Source: Poseidonia sp. (GTDB taxonomy: Archaea > Thermoplasmatota > Poseidoniia > Poseidoniales > Poseidoniaceae). Taken from it: 64,000 bases of DNA. Of this stretch, positions 19,401 to 26,881 are shown piece after piece. Where the stretch lies: assembly GCA_038148515.1 (NCBI GenBank), contig JAYQVP010000001.1:294102-358101 (forward strand), given 5' to 3'. Positions within the stretch are counted from its first letter, which is position 1; each line of letters begins with the position of its first letter. The notes under the pieces were generated by a model, which ran no database searches, was not told the origin of the DNA, and saw only the letters and a program-made list of their open reading frames with translations. The translations under genes were made by a program, and so were the position numbers.

Positions 19401-19867
19401 TCAGGACTCCAATCCACGCTGCAAATACCGGCTGAACCGCCGCCCCATCCACCAATGCAACTCCCGCTCGACACGAGAACGGCGGAAGACACCACGTTCA
19501 CGTGGGTTGAGGTGTTCCAAACCCGAAGTTGTGTGGCCGAAGCGGTCACGGCCAGGTCGCCCGAGGGGTTGTAATCCACAGCGAGGATGTCGTAACTGGT
19601 CGTGAGCACCATTTCGTTTGAAAAATTGGGATTGTTGGAGGTCCATCCATCGGCGGCATCGGAGGTGCCGTCGCCGTCGCGGTCGGGGCAACCGGTGCGA
19701 TCCACCGTTGAATCTCCCGCTGCAAACGGACAATCATCCAGGGCATCGTCAACGCCATCCCCGTCTGAATCTGCTGCTTGGACAGCGGGTAGGGAGCCTA
19801 GCACCATCATGGTGATGAGAACGAAGGCGAGAAGTCGGCGGACTGGGCGTTCGGAAACAGAAGCCAT
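16424..19867 (-). CDS. large surface protein: signal peptide, TSP3-like Ca-binding repeats, beta-propeller (WD40/PQQ-like) region, long second TSP3-repeat array, C-terminal TM anchor and short cytoplasmic tail
   Basis: MASVSERPVRRLLAFVLITMMVLGSLPAVQA (signal peptide). DSDGDGVDDALDDCPFAAGDSTVDRTGCPDRDGDGTSD and dozens of further DxDGDGxxDxxDAFP repeats. ITMMLGAVLFMLALIFVAQI (TM), followed by a tail with repeated E and Q residues. Confidence 0.8.
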   Translation of the reverse strand: MASVSERPVRRLLAFVLITMMVLGSLPAVQAADSDGDGVDDALDDCPFAAGDSTVDRTGCPDRDGDGTSDAADGWTSNNPNFSNEMVLTTSYDILAVDYNPSGDLAVTASATQLRVWNTSTHVNVVSSAVLVSSGSCIGGWGGGSAGICSVDWSPDGQYIAATLSDDTAAVFWANNLTAIHTGLTHTGGSRLFSDVAFMANSTSFAVVDETSGGGGGGCSGCSVMFFDIATGSLWQELTPGNGNTFSSVTFSPDGTRMAVGADGDIFILNTSNWQVVRTISSGNYNYNAVHISPDGTLVSACTAGGQQPARGGVWNMMTGAQLFQKSMTTTCFDTEFSPDGTQVAYALNYYGTDGATTFLYQTTSGAQVDTYSTPQPGGCTSFQNNNCGAHYGLAWHPGGYDMVLSVGRNDEGVYFLFADLDPDNDGYNSTDQGDGIVDAFPDDGTQWDDTDNDGYGDNPAPANQPDECVTVPGTSTEDRYGCPDGDGDGWSDAGDWAPADPAQWMDSDGDGHGDNYYFDLDVYQFQVNQSGDAFPNDPTQWNDTDGDGYGDNYENASWSPNRPSTWPGLLLPSANEPDAFPLDRTQHLDTDGDGFGDNQNSDRADGCPTTPGTSQYDRLGCVDTDGDGFSDETPGWPSTPDCFGADAFPNDPTQWCDEDGDGFGSNSSGNNADDCPSSAGTSTVDRQGCADRDGDGYSNAGDPFPDDATQWSDRDGDNRGDNASGNNPDTFPDDSSQWKDTDGDGYGDNPGGNNGDAFPSDATQWSDEDGDGYGDNIEGNNGDICPLQYGESQAAESRGCPDSDLDGVTDPLDAFPNDPFQWADADGDGYGDNTAVPNGDDCVEVFGKSTKEGRLGCPDADLDGFADVDDAFPEDHEQWMDSDGDGYGDNYFWENMTVADEENEGMFLVLRDQRGDAFPTIASQWSDVDGDGWGDNISSSNRVDNFPLRASQWLDFDGDGYGDNATGYQYDSCNKVPGTSYREDYYGCPDVDGDGAADEYDPCPWDPEVFEGAKSTAVCSITSDPNAPAAEEEGFLEGQSGTITMMLGAVLFMLALIFVAQISRAAGKRKALAVKREEQMMNESFAEEEERRQAWIQHYVSQGNYAEARALGWEGTEGLPEWKQHELQQQAAAEAAIPTMMDLDNY

Positions 19868-20084
19868 GATTCGCCATGGATGTTCAAATAAAAGCGTTGT
19901 TCTTGATTTGCTCTGTTTTGCATCATGCCCCAAACGTTGGCATCGTCGTTGAAAACGAAGCACTGCACGACCGATAAACCAACCATGGGCCTTCCCATGC
20001 AGAGGCGGCCATCCGATAAGACGGGGCATTAGACCGTACCGATGCACGAACTGTATCTTATGTGGGTCTACAGAGGGTTGAATT

Positions 20085-20093
20085 CTAAAATTG
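20085..20093 (+). promoter_or_regulatory. putative TATA box (CTAAAATTG) ~25 nt upstream of the ATG of the low-GC 4-gene glycan operon (leaderless-type spacing)
   Basis: Position relative to the ATG at 20113, in a divergent AT-rich intergenic region 19868-20112. A TTTTATTT element at ~19888-19895 serves the divergent adhesin gene. Confidence 0.25.
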
Positions 20094-20112
20094 AAATCTT
20101 ATTGCTGATGGC

Positions 20113-21072
20113 TTGCAGTGCGAAATAATGCGAGTTCTGATAACGGGCGGAGATGGATTCATTGGCCAAAATTTAGCGCTAAGTTTACTCGAACGGGGAG
20201 ATGATGTCGACATATTGGATAATCATGTTACATCAAAACCAACACTCAACCATGAAAATCTTTCAAGAACGGTAGGTGATGTTTGTGACATTTTCGACCT
20301 CATTTCCGAAGATGAGGGGCCTGATGTCATTGTACATCTTGCTTCTGTTGCAATTCCAAAACTGTACATGAAAGAACCTGATTTTGTTATTCGGCCAAAC
20401 GTAATTGGCACAAACGAAGTTTGTAGATTGGCTGAAAAATACAAATCCAGAGTCATTTTTGCCTCAACGAGTGAAGTATACGGTTCAACCATTGATAATT
20501 CAACAGTAGGAACTTCATTATCCGAAGATTCGGATTCACATTCATCTTTGCTAAGCCCAAGAACACCATACTCCATCTCCAAAAAAATGGGAGAAGAAAT
20601 TATTCGTTCGTTCGTCCACAAAGGAAATTCAGGTTGCTCAATCCGGTTTTTCAATGTAGTTGGCCCGAATATGGATCACGCAGTCCAAGGTTACGGCCGA
20701 GTTATTCCAAATTTCGTGGATTCGATTGTTCAAAATGAGCCCCTCACGATATACGGGGATGGTCAGCAAACTCGGTGCTTTTTATGGATAAGTGATGCAG
20801 TTTCAGCATTGTTGAAATTAATTGATTTTGAGAGTGAACTTCCACTCGTAGTGAACATCGGGCATTCTCAGCAGACATCAATATTGAATCTTGCACACTT
20901 ATTCAACGAAATTTCAGGTACTCAAAACGCGATAGTTTTCTCTGAAAAATTACCCGATGAGCCAAAGCATAGAAGACCAAACATATCGCTCGCTAAATCA
21001 ATATTGGATTGGGAGCCTACAAAGGAATTACGTGATATTGTTTCTACAATTTTGAGCGAGGTTTCGAAATGA
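20113..21072 (+). CDS. NAD-dependent nucleotide-sugar epimerase/dehydratase (SDR, UDP-glucuronate decarboxylase/4-epimerase-like)
   Basis: VLITGGDGFIGQNL (Rossmann GxxGxxG). YSISK (catalytic YxxxK). Low-GC codon usage. Confidence 0.85.
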   Translation: MQCEIMRVLITGGDGFIGQNLALSLLERGDDVDILDNHVTSKPTLNHENLSRTVGDVCDIFDLISEDEGPDVIVHLASVAIPKLYMKEPDFVIRPNVIGTNEVCRLAEKYKSRVIFASTSEVYGSTIDNSTVGTSLSEDSDSHSSLLSPRTPYSISKKMGEEIIRSFVHKGNSGCSIRFFNVVGPNMDHAVQGYGRVIPNFVDSIVQNEPLTIYGDGQQTRCFLWISDAVSALLKLIDFESELPLVVNIGHSQQTSILNLAHLFNEISGTQNAIVFSEKLPDEPKHRRPNISLAKSILDWEPTKELRDIVSTILSEVSK

Positions 21073-22061
21073 AAATTCCGTTATCAAAGCCCAAAATAGA
21101 CTCCCAAAAAAACATGGTCATCGACGTCACCTATGTTTGTAATTACAGCTGCAATTATTGCCGTTGGGGGTCTTCAGATACCCCAGGTAGATTTCATCAA
21201 TTACTTGAGAAGATTCTCGTTGAGAGAAAGGAACTTGAATCCATCGGAGTTGAAAGAATTGTTCTTTCGGGAGGCGAACCATTGCTGCACCCCGATATCA
21301 ACGAAATCGTACGCCACTTTTCCAATCTCGTTGAAGATGTTATATTGATCACGAATGGTTGGCTAGCAGATTTTTCGAAAATTAAAACCTTAATCGATAA
21401 TGGCTTGACTGGTGTCGCCTTTTCGATTGATTCAATAGAACCCTCAATATTACAGGCCTCAAGAGATATGACTGAGAAACAGATTGAACGATCGCTAACG
21501 AATTTCAAAACTATTTCAGATGCACGCAATCGCAAAGAAATTTGTGTAGAATTAGGAATTAACTGTGTTGTGTCCTCTGCTAATTGTTCAATGAAGAGTA
21601 TTTCCAATTTATTGGAATGGTCTGTATCGCATAATTTGGATTATGTTAATTTTAATATGATATTTGATGATGGATATAGCGGCATTCATGCACCTCAGCT
21701 TCTTCTCACGCAATCCCACACAAATGAAATACTCACTATTGCGAACTTCCTCAACTCACAACCTCCGAACATTCACACCAATTCCTACACGTTTTGGCTA
21801 ACAATTGCAGCGATGCTGAATGGATCTAAACTCGACGGTGCATCATGTGGTTTAAGGGATAGGCAAACCCTTCTTTACAGAGGGAAGTATCATTTCTGTG
21901 CATGGTTAGAAAATCCCACTTTGGGCGAGGTTGGTGCAACGAATGTAGATACTGTTACAAAGGCTAGAGCCAACTTCCAAAAGGCATCTAGAGAATGTTT
22001 TACTGGACCGCATTGCCATTGTTTACAAAGCACCAATCACGAATGGGAGTTGATTCATTGA
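21069..22061 (+). CDS. radical SAM enzyme with C-terminal Cys-rich (SPASM/twitch-like) region
   Basis: CNYSCNYCRWG (Cx3Cx2C) near the N-terminus, and LSGGEPLL. The C-terminal CGLRDRQ...HFCAW...RECFTGPHCHC has 6 Cys. ATG overlaps the upstream stop (ATGA). Confidence 0.8.
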   Translation: MKIPLSKPKIDSQKNMVIDVTYVCNYSCNYCRWGSSDTPGRFHQLLEKILVERKELESIGVERIVLSGGEPLLHPDINEIVRHFSNLVEDVILITNGWLADFSKIKTLIDNGLTGVAFSIDSIEPSILQASRDMTEKQIERSLTNFKTISDARNRKEICVELGINCVVSSANCSMKSISNLLEWSVSHNLDYVNFNMIFDDGYSGIHAPQLLLTQSHTNEILTIANFLNSQPPNIHTNSYTFWLTIAAMLNGSKLDGASCGLRDRQTLLYRGKYHFCAWLENPTLGEVGATNVDTVTKARANFQKASRECFTGPHCHCLQSTNHEWELIH

Positions 22062-23176
22062 TGACTAAAGATGCGATAACATTGGATATTGTTATCCCAT
22101 CATTTCGAGCCGATGTTGCCGTTCTAAACTCAATTCGCAATCTTTCCATTCCGAAGAATATGATTCGCAAAATAATTGTCGTTTTAGATGACCCTGTACA
22201 CCCTCTTCCGCGCGAGTTGGATGATTGGTCGACTTTTGACGACCTCATCATAATCAGGAATGAAGTGAATCTTGGAGCAAGTGGTGCTCGAAATCAAGGA
22301 ATCGATGCAGCACGTTCTGATTGGGTATTATTCTTAGATGACGATATTTATCCTGAACCGGACTTGCTCCATGTTTATGCCAAGAGCATTGAAGAGAAGG
22401 GGCGCGAAGTCCCTGGTTTTGTGGGTGTTACGCGTCTACCAGAAACAGTCAGTTCCTTTACGAAAGGAATTGTGGCATCTGATATACTGACGTTTTTCGA
22501 TCTTGCAGAACATCGCGAACACATGCCATGGGGCGTGACTGCTAATTTGTTGGTTCGAAGAGATGCAATTGGAAATCATCGATTCAAATCGATATTTCCC
22601 AAGTCCGGAGGTGGAGAGGATATTGATTTCTGTTTGGAAATTGTCAATTCATTCGGCAAGAACTTCTCCACAGAACCAAATGCAGTTGTTCATCATCCAT
22701 GGTGGAATAATTCTACCCGTACCTACCGCCGTTTCTTTAGATGGGCCTATGGGGATTCAAACCTGCCTGCACTCCATCCACAACATCGATGGAGAAATTT
22801 CCCGAATACAGCAGAATTGCTCATCATATGCCTGTTGAGTGTCATCCCATTCATCCTCGTCGACGAATCCTCTCCAAAATTGATGCTTCTTACCGTTTCA
22901 GGAATTGTTATTGGTGAGTTTTTTTCAGAATGGTTACGGCTTCTTCTTGTCAAATCTATAAAAAATCCATTAACGGCAATCGAATCTTCGTGTGTGCGAT
23001 TTTCGAATGATCTCGGCCGAGTAAAAGCAGTTTTAGAATCAATGAAACTTTGGAGAATTTCTGAAAGGTTCGATTATGCAGCTACCGGCGAGTGGATCTG
23101 GGGTGAAAGGAGGTGGGCATTTGTTAGACTCGCCTGGCAAATTTTCTTCTGTGTTTTGTTATGGTGGTTAACATGA
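22061..23176 (+). CDS. family 2 glycosyltransferase (GT-A, DxD) with C-terminal transmembrane helices
   Basis: LDIVIPSFRAD, ASGARNQGIDAA, and FLDDDI (DxD). C-terminal hydrophobic segments. ATGA overlap with the radical SAM gene. Confidence 0.8.
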   Translation: MTKDAITLDIVIPSFRADVAVLNSIRNLSIPKNMIRKIIVVLDDPVHPLPRELDDWSTFDDLIIIRNEVNLGASGARNQGIDAARSDWVLFLDDDIYPEPDLLHVYAKSIEEKGREVPGFVGVTRLPETVSSFTKGIVASDILTFFDLAEHREHMPWGVTANLLVRRDAIGNHRFKSIFPKSGGGEDIDFCLEIVNSFGKNFSTEPNAVVHHPWWNNSTRTYRRFFRWAYGDSNLPALHPQHRWRNFPNTAELLIICLLSVIPFILVDESSPKLMLLTVSGIVIGEFFSEWLRLLLVKSIKNPLTAIESSCVRFSNDLGRVKAVLESMKLWRISERFDYAATGEWIWGERRWAFVRLAWQIFFCVLLWWLT

Positions 23177-23943
23177 TTGGCACAGATTTACCTATCATTC
23201 GGTCTTTTTGGTTCGGCAAACCACTGAATTGGATTTGTCATCTCTCAATGAAATCGTATCTTCGCCAAGGTCATACTTTTGAGTTATACTGCTATGAAGA
23301 CCTACCCGTCCCAGAAGGTGTCATTCGTATGGATGCAAATGAAATAATTCCTGAATCAGCATCGTTTCAAATGATGAAGTCAGTAGATGGGATTAGAGGT
23401 AGATACTCGACGTTTGCAAACATCTTTCGATACAAACTGCTGTTCGAGAAGGGGGGCGTTTGGTCCGATTTAGATTCTATTTGCATAAAACCGTTGATTT
23501 TTGACGATAGTATCGAGGTCATGTTTGCAACGGAAAAGAGTCGATCGGGTATTGAAATAAATAATTGCAATATTTTTGTGTCGAGAAGCGGAAATCCGTT
23601 GTTCGAGAAACTTTACACCTCAGCCATACATCAACGATTGGAGTCTCTCGAACATCTGAGTTTCAACAAGGATTACATCATTGAAACGATGGAGAAAATG
23701 GGGATTGATTGGACGGCGTATGCCTCGCCAAGCAAAATGTTTTGTCCGATTCCGTGGTTTAAAATCCATCAACTCTTCAGTCCCAAACATGAATTCGAAT
23801 TGATGAAAATGATTGAACATACATATGCAATCCATCTCTACAACAACATCATAGAAGCGGATTATCCGGAATTCCTCATCTCCAAACGCAATAAAACATC
23901 TTTTATATCTAACTTAGAATCTTTTGTTGAGTCTCTTGATTGA
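23173..23943 (+). CDS. GT32-like glycosyltransferase (Gly_transf_sug DXD-containing, OCH1/capsule-type)
   Basis: IIRSFWFGKPL..., FANIFRYKLLFEKGGVWSDLDSICIKP (signature of the GT32 DXD family). ATGA overlap with the GT2 gene. Confidence 0.7.
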   Translation: MIGTDLPIIRSFWFGKPLNWICHLSMKSYLRQGHTFELYCYEDLPVPEGVIRMDANEIIPESASFQMMKSVDGIRGRYSTFANIFRYKLLFEKGGVWSDLDSICIKPLIFDDSIEVMFATEKSRSGIEINNCNIFVSRSGNPLFEKLYTSAIHQRLESLEHLSFNKDYIIETMEKMGIDWTAYASPSKMFCPIPWFKIHQLFSPKHEFELMKMIEHTYAIHLYNNIIEADYPEFLISKRNKTSFISNLESFVESLD

Positions 23944-24181
23944 ACGAAATCAATATCGCTTCTTGTGGTTTGATACGTACAACCGACATATCATATTCAT
24001 GAAATTGCAAGGGTTCACTCAAACTCCTCAAGAGAGTATAGAGGAGTACAATGGGCGTTCAATCCCCCCAGTATACTCGCTACCCTATGAGTGAAACCGC
24101 TTGAAGTGCGCTCGTGCGGTCGTGCAGTCGTGTGGTCGTGTGGTCAAAGCGTTGAACAACACCGACCATCACCCTGCACGC

Positions 24182-25732
24182 ATGGCGGGTGACATTCCTA
24201 AGGTCAATGTCGCCGCCAAAGACCGTGTCCTGTTGCACCTCTTGGCCAACGATTCCTGGGCCAACCGCTACCTTGTCCCGCCCAGCATGACCCGCCCCGG
24301 CATCGCTGAGGCATGCGCCCAACATCCGCCCAACGTCAGCCGGACCATGCGTGACCTGCTGAAAGAGGCGTTGGTGGAAGAACATACCCGCGCCGTGCAG
24401 GGCGATGAACGCCGGCAGAAGACCTGGCAGTTGACCGGAACCGGACGAGCCCAAGCCAAGCAACGTCATGCCGCCCTACGCAAGACCAACATCCTCGTCC
24501 GCAACATGGACGGCGACCTTTTGGAAGTCAAAGCCTCTGAAGCCTCGGGCCTGCTCAACACGGATTTGAGCCTCCTGCAAATCCTTCTGCATGCTCAGCA
24601 CGAAGGCGTACTTACTTACGGCGACATCCGGTTTGGAACCATTCGCAAATCCGAAGACGGAAACCTCCCTCCACCTGGCCGGCTCACACCGCTGGTGGGG
24701 GTCCACGCAACCTACGCCAATGCGCCACCCGTCACCCGTCCGGTCTACGGTCGCGACGACGAGTTGGCGACCATGCGCACCTGGTTTGAGGACCGCCATC
24801 CTTGCATGGTGATTCACGGCATTGCCGGCATCGGAAAGTCCACACTGGTAGCCCATTGGCTGCAAGAGCGTATGGAAACTGACCCCCATTTGTCCGTGTG
24901 TTGGTACACCTGTCAGCCGTGGGATCGGGCGCTTGGTTTGGCAACGAGCCTCTTGCACCGCTTCGGCATCGACGAGACGCACGACCCGTACCGAATCATC
25001 GACACCTTGCCCTTGACACCCGGAGCGGACATGGATGTGGACGCATGGCGGCGACGATTGTTGGCCTACATGACCGATGCGAACACCATCCGTGAACGGT
25101 TCAAGGACGCTGCTGGCGGCCCTCCGCCCTACTGGCTCATCGTGTTGGACGATGTGCACCACATCGCTTCACCCGCTCGGCATTTGCTCGGCTCGCTCTT
25201 GGAATTGGCGAAACAAGCACCGTTGCGCATCGTGATGGTGTCGCGAACTGAGATGGATGTCTACGACCGAAGGGACGTTCACATTCGAAAGACTGTGCGC
25301 GAACTTCCTCTTTCTGGCCTGTCCCTCGAAGCCACCAAGGCTTGGTTATCCAGTTTGGAGGGCGAAGATTCGCCCGAAGCCTCGGAGGTACACGCCGCTA
25401 CCGGCGGTCACCCGTTGGCCTTGGAGTTGCTCGAACTGTACGGACAACCCACCCATAAAGACTGGCTGAGGTTCCTCGACGAGGAAATTCTGTTGCGACT
25501 CCCCGAGCAAGAATTGGAATTGCTGTCCACGTTGGCCGTAGCGACAAAACCCGTCGAGTGGGCGACCCTGGCCAAAAGTGTCAGCTGGAACGGCCCTCCA
25601 CCGGGCAACCTCTTGCAGCACGGTTTGCTGTTGGAACTTGAGGACGGCATGTGGTTGCACGAGGCCCTCAAAGAACGGTTGCTGCGTGACGTGGGCGACG
25701 AGCAAGAACGCCGCAAGGCGCGTCTGGCGTGA
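24182..25732 (+). CDS. winged-helix + archaeal AAA-type ATPase (Arch_ATPase/STAND-like) putative regulator
   Basis: N-terminal KDRVLLHLL...NVSRTMRDLLKEALVEE (wHTH). VYGRDDELATMRTWFED...MVIHGIAGIGKSTLV (Walker A). WLIVLDDVHH (Walker B). Start placed at the internal Met MAGDIPK. Confidence 0.6.
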   Translation: MAGDIPKVNVAAKDRVLLHLLANDSWANRYLVPPSMTRPGIAEACAQHPPNVSRTMRDLLKEALVEEHTRAVQGDERRQKTWQLTGTGRAQAKQRHAALRKTNILVRNMDGDLLEVKASEASGLLNTDLSLLQILLHAQHEGVLTYGDIRFGTIRKSEDGNLPPPGRLTPLVGVHATYANAPPVTRPVYGRDDELATMRTWFEDRHPCMVIHGIAGIGKSTLVAHWLQERMETDPHLSVCWYTCQPWDRALGLATSLLHRFGIDETHDPYRIIDTLPLTPGADMDVDAWRRRLLAYMTDANTIRERFKDAAGGPPPYWLIVLDDVHHIASPARHLLGSLLELAKQAPLRIVMVSRTEMDVYDRRDVHIRKTVRELPLSGLSLEATKAWLSSLEGEDSPEASEVHAATGGHPLALELLELYGQPTHKDWLRFLDEEILLRLPEQELELLSTLAVATKPVEWATLAKSVSWNGPPPGNLLQHGLLLELEDGMWLHEALKERLLRDVGDEQERRKARLA

Positions 25733-25733
25733 A

Positions 25734-26096
25734 TCAGAAGTCGTCGGCCGACATCACTTCGTCAATCCATGCTAACAGTTTGGTCTTGGGCATACCGCCC
25801 GTCTTGTTGCTGACCATCTGGCCGTTGTGGTACATGAAGAGCGCTGGAATGCTGCGGACGCCGAGTTGACCGGCCGTGGCCTGATTGACGTCGGTGTTCA
25901 CCTTCGCCACCACGAGTTCTCGCTCCTGAGCGACGGCTTCGAGCACGGGGCCGATGGCTTTGCAGGGGCCGCACCACGGAGCCCAAAAGTCGACGATGAC
26001 CCACTCGCTGTCGTTGATGGTGGCGTTGAATTCGGCATCGGATACGTCTCTGACTTCGCCCATGGCTGTTCCCATCGAAGGGTCGAAGAGCCGCAT
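25734..26096 (-). CDS. trxA: thioredoxin
   Basis: VIVDFWAPWCGPCKAIGPVLE (WCGPC active site). The true start is probably an internal Met (MGEVRDV, ~26063). Confidence 0.9.
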   Translation of the reverse strand: MRLFDPSMGTAMGEVRDVSDAEFNATINDSEWVIVDFWAPWCGPCKAIGPVLEAVAQERELVVAKVNTDVNQATAGQLGVRSIPALFMYHNGQMVSNKTGGMPKTKLLAWIDEVMSADDF

Positions 26097-26182
26097 TATA
26101 GGCGTTTGTGCGCCCCATCATGGCGGTGTTGGGGACGGTAAGCCTCTTCATGTGCCGTCCCGTGCCTTGCATGAGGCTTGAC

Positions 26183-26854
26183 ATGATCATCGCCCCCAGT
26201 GTGCTGACGGCCAACTTGGCAGACCTCGCTTCAGACTGCAACGAAGCGCTGGACGCCGGACTTGACTGGCTTCATCTGGACGTGATGGACGGTAACTTCG
26301 TGCCCAACCTCACGTTCGGGCCGCCGGTGATTCGCAGCCTACGAGCGGCGCTTGGCCCCGAGGCGACCTTTGACGCCCATCTCATGATCGAGAACGCCGA
26401 AGCCTCCTTCCAAGACTACATCGATGCGGGGTGCAACCACATCTCTGTTCACGTGGAAGCGGTGAAACACCTGCACCGACTGCTCACCGCCATTCGTCAA
26501 GGTGGCGCAACCGTTGGCATTGTCCTCAACCCCGCCACCCCCGTGGAAGCAGCGCTTGAAGTCTTGAGCGAGGTGGACTTGGTTCTCATCATGAGCGTGA
26601 ACCCCGGGTTCGGCGGCCAGTCGTTCATTCCCAACGTGGAGAGCAAAATCAAACGCCTGGCCACGGCTATTCAAGAGCAGGTCGCCAACGGCGGACGCCC
26701 CGTTCAGATTCAGGTCGATGGTGGCGTCAAGGCCCACAACATCGCCATGTTGCGGGACTGGGGCGTGACCAACTGCGTGGTCGGCTCGGGGTTGTTCAAC
26801 GCCCATGCCGATGTCGCCACAAACCTCGCCGACATCCATGCCGCCTTGAACTGA
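26183..26854 (+). CDS. rpe: ribulose-phosphate 3-epimerase
   Basis: MIIAPSVLTANLADLASDCNEALDAGLDWLHLDVMDGNFVPNLTFGPPVI; GFGGQSF; canonical RPE. Confidence 0.85.
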   Translation: MIIAPSVLTANLADLASDCNEALDAGLDWLHLDVMDGNFVPNLTFGPPVIRSLRAALGPEATFDAHLMIENAEASFQDYIDAGCNHISVHVEAVKHLHRLLTAIRQGGATVGIVLNPATPVEAALEVLSEVDLVLIMSVNPGFGGQSFIPNVESKIKRLATAIQEQVANGGRPVQIQVDGGVKAHNIAMLRDWGVTNCVVGSGLFNAHADVATNLADIHAALN

Positions 26855-26881
26855 GGAGGGTGTAGCATCAAACTCCTGGTC

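Noticed and set aside
24000-24080. Possible tRNA (GTTCAATCC T-loop-like sequence at ~24055-24064)
   Set aside because: No acceptor-stem pairing, no anticodon arm, and no D-arm could be built around it. The flanks form an unrelated inverted repeat instead.
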